From an uncultured Gemmatimonadales bacterium (lineage in GTDB: Bacteria > Gemmatimonadota > Gemmatimonadetes > JACCXV01 > JAHWKZ01): 64,000 bases of DNA. Positions 1 through 9,495 of the stretch are shown piece after piece; the first letter of the stretch is position 1, and each line of letters opens with the position of its first letter. The stretch covers positions 1,393-65,392 of the forward strand of contig CAZUIY010000341.1 of NCBI GenBank assembly GCA_964619975.1, read 5' to 3'. The notes under the pieces were generated by a model. The model was not told the origin of the DNA. It ran no database searches and saw nothing but the letters and a program-made list of their open reading frames with translations. Both the position numbers and the translations under genes were made by a program.

Positions 1-57
1 GCCGCGCGCTACGAGGCCGTGATCGGCGCGGCCGTGAAGCGGGTCGTGGATGGCTAA
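1..57 (+). CDS. 3-prime end of an upstream virion gene (partial, enters from left edge)
   Basis: Open frame ending at TAA 55-57 that overlaps the ATG of the next gene (ATGGCTAA coupling). Confidence 0.3.
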   Translation, partial: AARYEAVIGAAVKRVVDG

Positions 58-508
58 CGCCGCGGACCTCGTCGACCAGGTCCGGGCGCACCTCGTGGCG
101 CTGGGCCTGGTCCGCCTGCCCGACGTCCCCGGCGACGAGCCGCCCGTGTGGCTGCACCCCGAGGGCGGGGCGATCGCGCCCGGCGACAAGTCCGGCGCGC
201 AGGACGACGCGAACCTCGTCCTGTCGGTCATACGGCCCACCGGCATGGCGTCTCGACCGATGGAGGCGTGGCTGCGGCGCGACATCGTCGAGGTGTGGCT
301 GCGCGCCCGAATGGCGCCGCTCGCGATGGAGTTCGAGCCGGCCCTGCGCGAGGTGTTCGTCGGCGACCCGGGGCCTCGGCGGGAGTGGGACATGGGCGCG
401 CTGCGCGTGCACTCGTCGCAGGAGTGGACGGCGTTGCAGGCGGTGCCGGGCATCGCCGGGCCGGGCCACACGTTCCGCGTGTCGTACGTGATCGACTACC
501 CGGCTTAG
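50..508 (+). CDS. hypothetical virion protein in head-to-tail joining / tail terminator position
   Basis: 152-aa ORF, ATG overlapping the upstream stop, lying two genes before the major tail gene; no diagnostic motif. Confidence 0.4.
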   Translation: MANAADLVDQVRAHLVALGLVRLPDVPGDEPPVWLHPEGGAIAPGDKSGAQDDANLVLSVIRPTGMASRPMEAWLRRDIVEVWLRARMAPLAMEFEPALREVFVGDPGPRREWDMGALRVHSSQEWTALQAVPGIAGPGHTFRVSYVIDYPA

Positions 509-689
509 GCCGGGCACCGGGGGCGCGCGCGACCGATCTTCGGAGGCGTGTTCTCGTCGCCCGACAGTCCTTGCGGTACCGTCCCCGGCGGCTGACGGCG
601 CGAGCCTCCCGGGGAGCCGGGCTCGGCGAGCGACATAGGGCCGCCGGAGAGCCGGGGGCCATCGGAACTGACCGGAGGGTCGCGCCGAT

Positions 690-1217
690 ATGAGTGACAG
701 GGAGAGGGCCTTCGCCCTCAAGGATGCCTACGCGGAGACCTTCGAGGGCGGCTCGATGGCCTACGGGCACGAGGGCAAGACGCTCGACCTCGCTCGCCTC
801 GTCGGCGAGGACGTCAGCGTGGCCGAGCTGATCGACAGGCACGCCCAGCCGACGCCGCCCGGCTACAGCCCGCCCGGCTACGTCGTGACCAGCGACGAGC
901 TAGTGATCGTGGCGCTGGAGCGGAACGACATCTTCAAGCACGTCGCGGTGGCGACCGCGCGCGGCGGCGATGTCCCCGTGCCCGAGCCGGAGCCCGACCA
1001 CGCCCAGCAGGGCGGCGGCGAGCCGCCGGCCGGGGAGCCGCCCGCCGAGGTCAACCCCGACTCCCACAACCGCGACGAGCTGGTCGCGCTTGCGCTGGAC
1101 GAGGACGTGCTGACCGACGAGCACGGCACGGAGCTGGACTTCGACGAGGGCGGCTCGACGAAGGCCGAGCTGGCCGACGCGATCAACCACGAGCGGGCCG
1201 CGAGGGCCGCCGGCTAG
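690..1217 (+). CDS. hypothetical acidic protein (structural module)
   Basis: 175-aa ORF, GGAG-like SD upstream, acidic C-terminal half; function not recognisable. Confidence 0.4.
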   Translation: MSDRERAFALKDAYAETFEGGSMAYGHEGKTLDLARLVGEDVSVAELIDRHAQPTPPGYSPPGYVVTSDELVIVALERNDIFKHVAVATARGGDVPVPEPEPDHAQQGGGEPPAGEPPAEVNPDSHNRDELVALALDEDVLTDEHGTELDFDEGGSTKAELADAINHERAARAAG

Positions 1218-1260
1218 TCGGCCGGCGCACTCGGGGACACAAGAGGAAGGTGGCTTAGAC

Positions 1261-2562
1261 ATGCCGGGCATCGAGAGTCGCGTAGAGGCGGCGTGGTTCG
1301 CCAAGCAGGCGGCGAAGGGAGCGGCCGCTGCGGCCGCCGTCAAGCGAGGCCGAAAGGTCGCCGGCGACATGACCGTCGCGCGCGAGGACTCCAATCAGAA
1401 CTGGTCCGACGGCGAGCGGTTCGCCACCGCCGAGGACTACGTCAACACGATCGTCGGAAACGGCAACCCGACGCTCCAGGCCCAGCCGGGGATCGGCGCG
1501 TACCTGTTCTACCTGATGATGGGGCAGGAGACGGTGACCGCCGTCGCGGGGCCGGCGGGTCTCCGGGACCACGTCGCAACGCCGGCCAACACGGGCGCCT
1601 TCTGGGCGTCGTGGTGGAAGAAGGTCGGCCAGGTGGTCGGGCCGGTGCGGCAGCGCTTCGACGACTGCCGCATGACGTCGCTGCGCTTCGAGGCGTCGAG
1701 CGCGCAGAAGGTCGGGCAGCTGGTGCCGACCTGGACCAGCCTTGATCCCGGCATCGTGTACGACACCGACCCGGTGCAGGCCGAGGACGTCGATCGCGCG
1801 CTGCTGTACACCGAGGGCGAGGGCCGCTTCAAGATCAACGACGTGGTCTTCCGGGGCCACTCGTCGCTCGCCTTCACGATGAACGACGCCGCGACGCCGT
1901 GGTACGGCGACTCGGTCCGCCCGCACGACGTGGTGTTCGGGCAGTCGACCGTCGACCTGGAGGGCATCACCCTTCTGGTGGATCAGCAGGGGAAGGACTT
2001 CTACGACGAGCTGATCTACGGCATGATCAACCCTGCGGCCGGCACCCGTCCTCGGGTCGACATTCCGCTGATCGGGTCGTACGAGTTCGACCTGCGGCGC
2101 GGCACGGTCGTCGACCTGGAGGTGGTCGACGCGACGGGCGGAACGCTCGACCTGGACGTGGACGGCGAGGTCGCGGCGATCGACTTCGACGCCACGGCGG
2201 AGGAGGTCCAGGCCGCGATCGAGGGGCTGACGACGGTCCTGCCCGGCGACGTGCTCGCAACGGAGGGTCCGCTCGGGACCGCCCCGGTGCGGATCGTGTT
2301 CCTGCGGTCCGGTCGGGTCGTGACCGCCGACGACACGAACATCACGGGCGCCGGCGGCGAGGCGGCGACCGCGACGGACCGAGGCCACGAGAAGGGGTTC
2401 AAGGTCGAGTTCCCCGGCGTCAAGTGGAACCCCGACGCGGCGATCGCCGGCAACCCGGACGGCGGCGCGGTCGAGCTCGCGCTGGGCGGCCAGACCCGAA
2501 AGATCGCGGGCGAGCCGATCATCCGCACGACCGTCCGCACGTCGGACGCCGCCTACACCTAG
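1261..2562 (+). CDS. major tail protein (with C-terminal Ig-like domain)
   Basis: 433 aa, immediately upstream of the chaperone pair and tape measure; beta-rich C-terminal segment (DLEVVDATGGTLDLDVDGEVAAIDFDAT) typical of Ig-like decoration domains on actinophage major tail subunits. Confidence 0.55.
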   Translation: MPGIESRVEAAWFAKQAAKGAAAAAAVKRGRKVAGDMTVAREDSNQNWSDGERFATAEDYVNTIVGNGNPTLQAQPGIGAYLFYLMMGQETVTAVAGPAGLRDHVATPANTGAFWASWWKKVGQVVGPVRQRFDDCRMTSLRFEASSAQKVGQLVPTWTSLDPGIVYDTDPVQAEDVDRALLYTEGEGRFKINDVVFRGHSSLAFTMNDAATPWYGDSVRPHDVVFGQSTVDLEGITLLVDQQGKDFYDELIYGMINPAAGTRPRVDIPLIGSYEFDLRRGTVVDLEVVDATGGTLDLDVDGEVAAIDFDATAEEVQAAIEGLTTVLPGDVLATEGPLGTAPVRIVFLRSGRVVTADDTNITGAGGEAATATDRGHEKGFKVEFPGVKWNPDAAIAGNPDGGAVELALGGQTRKIAGEPIIRTTVRTSDAAYT

Positions 2563-2571
2563 GAGGCACGC

Positions 2572-3615
2572 ATGACCGATGCACTAGCACCCACGGAGGC
2601 CCCGAGCGCAGAGGTGCGCATCGGGGACAAGATCCACAAAATCAAGCCGTTCAAGGGGAGCAAGGGCGTTCGCGCCTTCGCGATCATCAGCCGCGTCAGC
2701 CGACACATCGGCGCGGTGATGGGCGCCATCGAGGAGTTCGAGCGCGAGTACCGGCAGCGGAACGACCTAACGATCACCCGCGACCTGTGCCGGTACCGCG
2801 TGGCGACGTGCCAGAACCGGATCGCGTCGCTAGAGCGCGACCTGGCCGACCTGGCGCCGGACAAGATCGACGAGAAGCGGGAGTCCCTGACCGCGCAGCT
2901 GGCCGAGGCCGTGGCCGCCGAAGAGTCCAAGCCCGAGCCGACCGAGCGGCGGACGACGCTTGAGCGTCGGCTGAAGGACCTCGACGACGCGCCTCGGGTG
3001 CGGGAGCACGTGCAGGTGCTCATCGCGGACGAGGAGGCGTCGATTCAGGACTGGCAGCGGATGCTGACCGGGGCGCTTGCGGACACCGACTCGATCACGG
3101 TCCCGAAGTCGCCCAGCGGGCAGCAGAAGTGGATGGCCGGGTTTCCGAAGGTCTGGGAGCTCGCCGAGGCCGAGGCCACGATGCTGCTGGGCCTGCTGCT
3201 GATCGAGGACGACGACCTCAAGGCGGCGCGCGACGAGAACCGGGCCGAGAAGGCCATCATGGACATGGGCGAGCAGGCGCTGGACGAGCTGGAGGTCGAC
3301 GAGGTGGGGGACCTGGTCGTGACCGCGGCCGAGTACGCCCTTCATCGCTACCGCCCTCGGATGGCTCGCCTGGGCGACAGGGTCGAGGCGCTTCAGGGGA
3401 CCCTCACGCCTTCCCAGGACGAGCCGACGGAGCGGGCGACGCAGGACCCGGTGCTGGGGCCGGACCGGAGGCAGCTGGAGCCGTCCATCGGATCGGTGGA
3501 GAGGACGACGTCCGACTCGCCGAGTGCCGAGTCGTCGACCGATTCGCCACCTCGTACGGATGGACCGCCGATCGAATCCTCCACGGCGAGTCCTGGGCCG
3601 ATCTCCTCGCCCTGA
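2572..3615 (+). CDS. tail assembly chaperone (G-like); the C-terminal about 70 codons of this ORF are probably not translated in this frame
   Basis: The N-terminus (IGDKIHKIKPFKGSKGVRAFAIISRV) resembles phage tail assembly chaperones. The gene sits directly before the tape measure. The tail of the ORF is S/P-rich low complexity. Confidence 0.55.
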   Translation: MTDALAPTEAPSAEVRIGDKIHKIKPFKGSKGVRAFAIISRVSRHIGAVMGAIEEFEREYRQRNDLTITRDLCRYRVATCQNRIASLERDLADLAPDKIDEKRESLTAQLAEAVAAEESKPEPTERRTTLERRLKDLDDAPRVREHVQVLIADEEASIQDWQRMLTGALADTDSITVPKSPSGQQKWMAGFPKVWELAEAEATMLLGLLLIEDDDLKAARDENRAEKAIMDMGEQALDELEVDEVGDLVVTAAEYALHRYRPRMARLGDRVEALQGTLTPSQDEPTERATQDPVLGPDRRQLEPSIGSVERTTSDSPSAESSTDSPPRTDGPPIESSTASPGPISSP

Positions 3616-3773
3616 CGGAGCTGATAGACGGACGCAACGGAGCCGGCGCGGTGGTCGACGAGTCCGATGGGGGACTTGAGACCGTCGCGGCGGCCGAGGG
3701 CGGCACGCCCGCGTGGCAACGGTCGGTAGTGGCCTCCGCGCGCCAGCGCGCCGCTACCACGGGAAGGAACTAG
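3129..3773 (+). CDS. probable -1 frameshift extension of the tail assembly chaperone (G-T-like product)
   Basis: Overlapping ORF in the -1 frame whose last about 90 codons (FATSYGWTADRILHGESWADLLALTELIDGR) look protein-like. It ends 11 nt before the tape measure start, the canonical G/G-T arrangement. No slippery site was pinpointed. Confidence 0.3.
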   Translation: MDGRVSEGLGARRGRGHDAAGPAADRGRRPQGGARREPGREGHHGHGRAGAGRAGGRRGGGPGRDRGRVRPSSLPPSDGSPGRQGRGASGDPHAFPGRADGAGDAGPGAGAGPEAAGAVHRIGGEDDVRLAECRVVDRFATSYGWTADRILHGESWADLLALTELIDGRNGAGAVVDESDGGLETVAAAEGGTPAWQRSVVASARQRAATTGRN

Positions 3774-3783
3774 GCAGGGCCAC

Positions 3784-6700
3784 GTGTTCGAGGTAGGAGC
3801 CATCCGGGCGCGACTGGGCGCCGACGTCGAGGAGCTTGGCTTTAAGCGCTACGACAAGCTGCACCAGTCGGCGCAGCGCCAGGCCAGCAGGCCCGTCGTG
3901 GCGACCCTCGGCGGCGCGCTGGAGGAGGGCGACTTCCGAAAGTACGAGCGCGAGGTGGCGGAGGCGCGCCGCGAGGCGACGACGCCCGTGGAGGTGACGC
4001 TGTCCGGCGACCTGGACAACGTCGTCTTCGGAAAGTACGACAAGGCGGTGTCGGGCGCGCGCCAGAAGGCGTCGAAGCCGGTCGAGGTGACGCTGGGGGC
4101 GGACCTAGACGACGGCGGGTTCGACGACTGGGAGGCGGAGCTCGCGAAGGCGCGCACCGAGTCCAAGGCGCCGGTCGAGGCCGAGCTGGGCGCCGACGTC
4201 AACCGACGCGGCTTCCGCGCCTACGAGCGCCACGTGCGCGAGGCCGAGCAGCTGGGCCGCGAGCGCGAGGCACTGAAGGCCAAGCTGGGCGCCGACGTCG
4301 ACGAGGCCGGGTTCCGCGCGTACCGGCGCGCCGTGCGCGGCGCGGAGGGCGACTCGCACCGGCTCGGGCGGGCCGTCAGCAACATGGGCCGCCGGATCGG
4401 CGACGCCATTCCGTCGGTGAACTTTCAGACCCGCATCCCGTTCTACCTAGTGACGGCGTTCGTAGCCGCGCTGGCGGCGGGCATCCCCGTGCTGGTCGCG
4501 TTCAGCGGTGCGCTTGGGCCGATTCTCGGGCAGCTTGCGGCCATTCCGGGACTGGCCACGATCGCCGGCGGCGCGCTCGTGACGGCCATGCTGGGGCTAA
4601 AGGGCGTAATCGGCACCGTGGGCGAGGCGTGGGAGATGGAGCAGACCGCAGCCTCTGACGCCGTGGACACGTCGCGCGCGGCCGAGGCGGCCGCCGAGTC
4701 CGTGCGGGGGGCGCAGGAGGCGGCGGCCGACACCGAGCGGGACGTGACGCGCGCCAGGCGCGAGCTGACCGAGGCGACCGAGGACCAGCGCGAGGAGCTG
4801 AGCCGGATGCGCCTGGAGGCCGAGGGCGCGGTGATCGCCGAGTCCGAGGCGGCGCAGGCGCTGCGGCGCGCCCGCCAGCAGCTGATCGCCGCCGAGACGG
4901 ACCCGCGATCGACAGCGCTCGACATTCGCGAGGCCGAGACGGCCATCGACCGCGCCCGCCTCGGGCTGCGCGAGGCGCGCGGGGAGCGCGCGGACCTAGA
5001 GCGAGAGGTCCAGGCGGCTGACCAGCAGGGGGTTCGCCGCTCCGACCGCGTGGTGGCCGCGAGGGAGCGGCTGGCGGACGCCGAGCGCGCCGCCGAGCGC
5101 GCCACCCGCCGGGTGTCGATCGCGGCGCGCGACGCGAACCGCACGCTGACCGACGCGAGCGGCGGCGCCGAGAAGTTCCAGGAGGAGATGGCGAAGCTGT
5201 CGCCCGCCGGCCAAAACTTCGTCCGCCTGATCCAAAATCGCTTCTTTCCGATGCTGCGCGGGCTTCGCGCGGAGGCGCAGGAGGGCCTGCTGCCGGGGCT
5301 GGGCGACGGGCTGGTTGCCGCGTCCGCGAACTTCCCGGTCATCGAGGACATGGTGCGGAACTACTCCGACGCCCTTGGCGACGCGGCGCGCGAGCAGGGA
5401 GAGCTGTTCGGCTCGCAGAACCAGGGAAGGGACATGGCGACGATCTTCGGCTTCGGCGAGACGCTGATTCGGCGCTCGTCGCACGCGACCGCGGACTGGA
5501 CGCGCGGACTCACGCACCTGATGGTCGCGGCCGAGCCCCTGTACGACTGGCTGGGGCGGATCAACATGCGCCTGGCGGACTCGTTCGAGAGCTGGGCCGA
5601 GGGCGGTCGCCAGTCCGGCAGGCTGGAGCGCTTCTTCCGCGTCGCGACCAAGAACACGGAGCTGTTCGTGGGCACGCTCTGGGACACCGGGCGGGCGCTC
5701 ATCAACATCGGCGGCATCGGGCGGCGGGTCTGGGGCCAGGACATGCTCGGCGGGATCAGAGACGTGGCGCGCGAGTTTCGCGAGTGGACCGAGTCGGTTG
5801 AGGGGGAGCGCTCGATCGAGCGCTACTTCGTGCGCTGGCGTCGGCGATGGGAGGCGATAACCGAGTACATCGGAAGCGCGGTGAGCGAGTACCGTCGGCT
5901 GAAGCGACAGGGCATGACGACCACGGAGGCGCTTGCCACCATCTTGACCGAGCGACTGGGCGAGGCGTTCGGCGAGGTGGTCGCGATCGCCGTGAGTCAG
6001 GGTCCGCGCGTGGCGCGCGGGTTCGCCGAGGGCTTTCTGAAGGCGAACGTGTGGGGCAAGCTCATCATCGGTGCCTGGCTCATCAGCAAGCTCGGCGGCG
6101 GCCGCGCGATCAACGCGATAGGCAGCAGGATCGGTGGCCGCGTGGCCGACAGCTTCGTCGGCAGCATGATCGCCGGCGTCGAGGCGAAGCAGGGGGCGTT
6201 GCGAGGCGTGGGGCGCCGGGCCGGACGGTGGATCGGCCGCGGGCTGCTGATCGGCATCGCCGCCGGTGCCGTGCTCGGCTACGACGAGGTCAAGGACGAG
6301 CTGGCCGACGTCGCGTCCCAGATAAACGACGCCCTCTTCGGCGACAAGGTGGGCGGCTTCCTGTCGGACATTCGGAAGCGGCTCGACCCGACCGGCGGCG
6401 GCTACGGCGGCAGGGACGGCGGCGAGGTCACCCCGCGCGGCATCCAGCGGTTCGCGCTCGGCGGCCCCGTCATGCCGCTCCCGCCCGGCGAGGACACCTG
6501 GGCCGCGCTCCGCTACGGCGAGTTCGTCATGAAGCGCGAAGCGGTGCAGCGGGTGGGCCTGGCCCGGCTGCGCGCCATGAACGAGGGCCAGGGCGGCAGC
6601 GGCGCGGTCGACGCCGTGGCGGGAGACCTGATGACGATCGCGGCGGCTGGCGCGGCGGCGGGGCAGTCGGCCGCGGAAGCGCTCACCGAGGGCCTGGCCG

Positions 6701-9495
6701 GCGGACGCGCGCCGGCAAAGCGCGCGACCGGGGAGCTGCGCAAGGACGTGGGCGGCGAGCTCGATGAGCTGTCGGACGACGCCCGGGTCAGCGCCAAGCG
6801 GTTGCGGGACGGGCTGGTAGACAACGTGGGCGAGGCGTCGGTGGCCGCGGATCGCGAGGTGCGATCGATGCGCCGCGACGTGACGCGCCAGATCGACGGC
6901 CTCGCGGACGAGGCCAGCACGCGCACCCGGCGCCTGGCGACGACGTTCGATGGCGAGTTCGGCGAGATGCACGAGTCGGCCGGCGCGACCATGCGCGGGA
7001 TCGTCGGCGTGACGGGCCGGCGGCTCGCGGAGACCGAGGGCGTCACGCGGACCAGCACGCGCGGCATCCGAAACGTCCTCGCGGACTCCTACGAGTCGAT
7101 GAACCGCGCCGTGTCCACCGGCCTTGGCTACGTGCAGCGCGCCACCTCCAAGGCGCTGGTGGGCCTCGGGGGCGATCCGGTGCGCCTGGAGGTCCCGCGC
7201 CCGGGCAAGCTCGCGACGGGCGGCTACGTGGGGGTGCCGGGCGAGCGCGGCATCGACGATCAGCTGTACCTGCTGGGGCGCGGCGAGGCCGTGCTGAACC
7301 ACCACCAGCAGAGCCGCGCGGACGATCTGCTGGGCTACTTCGGCACGTCGCTTAACGACATCATCGGGAGCGACCAGCGCCTGCACTACGCGGCGACGGG
7401 CAAGGCGTCCGAGAAGGGGAGGGGCGGCGGCCTGACCGGCTCGTTCGACGTGGACGGCGCCGGGCCGGGGTTCGTGCCGATGATGCTGCACCTCAACAAG
7501 ATGTTCGGCCCGATCTACGTCATGTCGGGCATGCGGGCGGGATCGACCATCCTCGGCACCGGGCGGCCGTCGAATCACGGCATCGGGCAGGCCGTCGACA
7601 TCACGGCGCCGGGCGGCGAGTACGCGACGCAGTCGAGTCCGATGACCGGCGCGCTCGGCGCGCGCATGGACGCGCTGCACTCCTACATGGGACGGCACTA
7701 CCGGCCGATCCTCCTCGACTTCCTGTGGCGGACCATGACGGGCGGCAACCACTACAACCACATCCACGCGGGGGTCGATCGCAACTGGTCGTTCGACCCG
7801 GACAACATGCGGCAGTTCATCAGCGGCCTCCCCGGGGGCGGGTTCTTCGGCTCGATCCCGAAGGTCAAGGTGAAGGGCGACGACGGACCGCTTCGCGGCA
7901 TCGCCCAGCGCTCGATCAACAAGGTCCGGGACCGGGCGGACAAGTTCCTAAACAAGCGCATGGCGCGGCTGATGCCGAAGGGCTCGCCGGCGGGCGGGCT
8001 GCTGCACTCGGCCTACGACGGGCCGCTCAACCGAACCTTCAAGCAGCACGGCCACCCACCGCCGCCGGGCTCGGCGCAGCTGTCGTCCGGACAGGTCCGC
8101 ACGGCGGCCAGGGCCGGCGGCATTCGGCCGCCCGACGATCGCCACGCCGAGGAGATCAGCCGCGGGGAGTCGACGAACTTCCCCGGCGTCGTGTCGTGGG
8201 ACGGGGGCTACGGCCTCACGCAGATCACGCCGTCGGCGTGGCCGGGCACGTCGCCCCTGCACGGCGTCCTCGGGAAGCTAGGCGGCATCGGCCAGATGCT
8301 AAACCCCGTCAAGAACATGACGATGATGCGCGTGATGATGGGCTACGCGCAGCGCGAGACGGGCAACCGCTTCAAGCCGTGGTACGGCACGAAGTACCTG
8401 ACGGCCGGCCGCGGCCGGCCGCGGCGGGCGGCGGGCGGCAAGAAGGGCGGGATCGGCCAGGCGTTCACGAAGGCGCGCTCGCGGATTAACTCGCGGATCA
8501 AGAAGGCCGGCGGCCCGGGCGAGGGCGACTTCACGCTGGGGAAGTACGAGGGCCGCATCGAGGGCTTGCGCGATGACTATCAGCGCTGGGAGCGCCGATA
8601 CAACGTCAGCGAGGAGCAGCTAGTCCTCGCGCCGGGTGACCGCGGGTACGACGAGTCCTACGCGATCAGCATCGGCCGGTTCGAGACCGACGATGAGGGC
8701 AACCGAGTCGGCCTCAACTACATCGATGAGCGGGCGATCAAGGCGCGCGCCGATGAGCTGACGCACCTGATCGGCATCCAGCGGAAGATAGTTATGACCT
8801 ACACGCGCTACATGAAGGCGGTCGAGCGCATCATCGAGACGTACCGGCGGTCCCGCGCGCGCCTGGCCAAGGTTCTGGCGAAGGCGAAGCCGAACCGGCG
8901 CAAGCGGTACAAGGACGACATTGAGTCGATGGCCAGGCAGCAGGGGGGGTGGGAGTCCGCGCTGGCCGGCCTCGGCAACCAGCGGTTCGACGAGGAAACC
9001 AACCTTATCGCGGATCGGCAGGAGCGCGACGAGCTTCGGCCGACGGCCGAGGACTCGCTCGACGCGCCGACCGAGGTGGAGACCGACGATGCGGACACGG
9101 ACGCGCAGCTCGCGCAGCTACAGGAAAAGCTACGCATCTCGCAGGAGGAGGCGCGGCTGGCCACGGCCGCCGTCACGGCCTTCAGCGGGCCGGGCGACAT
9201 CGGGGCCGGGGGGCCGAACGCGCTGTCTGCGGCCCAAAACCCGCAGGGCGTGCCGGGCTATCAGGGGCCGGGAACTCAGGGCTACGAGATTCGCTCGGAC
9301 GGTCGCATGTACCCGGTGGGGGGATCGGAGCCCGGCTCGCCGTTCGACGGCCAGGGCACGCCGTCGCTGGTCCAGAATAACTACATGCTTTCGCCCAGCG
9401 ACCCCGGCGTCTTGGAAGAGCTCGGTCGAAGCACCGTGGCCGGCATCGGCTATCAGGGCGCGCAGGGCGCGTCGCGAGAGAGGATTGCGAGCTAG
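3784..9495 (+). CDS. tape measure protein with lytic transglycosylase (SLT) and M23 peptidase domains
   Basis: 1903 aa. About five N-terminal tandem repeats of roughly 37 aa (LGADV..GF..Y...V..AR..A..PVEVT). Central transmembrane segments. SLT-like motif (ESTNF...DGGYGLTQIT). M23 motifs (NHGIGQAVDI and NHYNHIHAG). Confidence 0.9.
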   Translation: MFEVGAIRARLGADVEELGFKRYDKLHQSAQRQASRPVVATLGGALEEGDFRKYEREVAEARREATTPVEVTLSGDLDNVVFGKYDKAVSGARQKASKPVEVTLGADLDDGGFDDWEAELAKARTESKAPVEAELGADVNRRGFRAYERHVREAEQLGREREALKAKLGADVDEAGFRAYRRAVRGAEGDSHRLGRAVSNMGRRIGDAIPSVNFQTRIPFYLVTAFVAALAAGIPVLVAFSGALGPILGQLAAIPGLATIAGGALVTAMLGLKGVIGTVGEAWEMEQTAASDAVDTSRAAEAAAESVRGAQEAAADTERDVTRARRELTEATEDQREELSRMRLEAEGAVIAESEAAQALRRARQQLIAAETDPRSTALDIREAETAIDRARLGLREARGERADLEREVQAADQQGVRRSDRVVAARERLADAERAAERATRRVSIAARDANRTLTDASGGAEKFQEEMAKLSPAGQNFVRLIQNRFFPMLRGLRAEAQEGLLPGLGDGLVAASANFPVIEDMVRNYSDALGDAAREQGELFGSQNQGRDMATIFGFGETLIRRSSHATADWTRGLTHLMVAAEPLYDWLGRINMRLADSFESWAEGGRQSGRLERFFRVATKNTELFVGTLWDTGRALINIGGIGRRVWGQDMLGGIRDVAREFREWTESVEGERSIERYFVRWRRRWEAITEYIGSAVSEYRRLKRQGMTTTEALATILTERLGEAFGEVVAIAVSQGPRVARGFAEGFLKANVWGKLIIGAWLISKLGGGRAINAIGSRIGGRVADSFVGSMIAGVEAKQGALRGVGRRAGRWIGRGLLIGIAAGAVLGYDEVKDELADVASQINDALFGDKVGGFLSDIRKRLDPTGGGYGGRDGGEVTPRGIQRFALGGPVMPLPPGEDTWAALRYGEFVMKREAVQRVGLARLRAMNEGQGGSGAVDAVAGDLMTIAAAGAAAGQSAAEALTEGLAGGRAPAKRATGELRKDVGGELDELSDDARVSAKRLRDGLVDNVGEASVAADREVRSMRRDVTRQIDGLADEASTRTRRLATTFDGEFGEMHESAGATMRGIVGVTGRRLAETEGVTRTSTRGIRNVLADSYESMNRAVSTGLGYVQRATSKALVGLGGDPVRLEVPRPGKLATGGYVGVPGERGIDDQLYLLGRGEAVLNHHQQSRADDLLGYFGTSLNDIIGSDQRLHYAATGKASEKGRGGGLTGSFDVDGAGPGFVPMMLHLNKMFGPIYVMSGMRAGSTILGTGRPSNHGIGQAVDITAPGGEYATQSSPMTGALGARMDALHSYMGRHYRPILLDFLWRTMTGGNHYNHIHAGVDRNWSFDPDNMRQFISGLPGGGFFGSIPKVKVKGDDGPLRGIAQRSINKVRDRADKFLNKRMARLMPKGSPAGGLLHSAYDGPLNRTFKQHGHPPPPGSAQLSSGQVRTAARAGGIRPPDDRHAEEISRGESTNFPGVVSWDGGYGLTQITPSAWPGTSPLHGVLGKLGGIGQMLNPVKNMTMMRVMMGYAQRETGNRFKPWYGTKYLTAGRGRPRRAAGGKKGGIGQAFTKARSRINSRIKKAGGPGEGDFTLGKYEGRIEGLRDDYQRWERRYNVSEEQLVLAPGDRGYDESYAISIGRFETDDEGNRVGLNYIDERAIKARADELTHLIGIQRKIVMTYTRYMKAVERIIETYRRSRARLAKVLAKAKPNRRKRYKDDIESMARQQGGWESALAGLGNQRFDEETNLIADRQERDELRPTAEDSLDAPTEVETDDADTDAQLAQLQEKLRISQEEARLATAAVTAFSGPGDIGAGGPNALSAAQNPQGVPGYQGPGTQGYEIRSDGRMYPVGGSEPGSPFDGQGTPSLVQNNYMLSPSDPGVLEELGRSTVAGIGYQGAQGASRERIAS
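3787..4350 (+). repeat. in-frame tandem repeats (about 111 nt per unit) at the 5-prime end of the tape measure gene
   Basis: Repeated peptide LGADxDxxGFxxYxxxVxxARxxAxxPVEVTLG about five times. Confidence 0.6.

Noticed and set aside
4996-7767. Very long minus-strand ORFs (for example 923 aa at 4996-7767, 583 aa at 22385-24136, 476 aa at 23836-25266, and many others)
   Set aside because: In 70% GC DNA all six frames are depleted of stop codons. These ORFs are antisense to genes with clear motifs (tape measure, Dam, RusA). They have Arg/Ala/Pro-rich low-complexity translations and no SD/start architecture. All supported genes are on the + strand.
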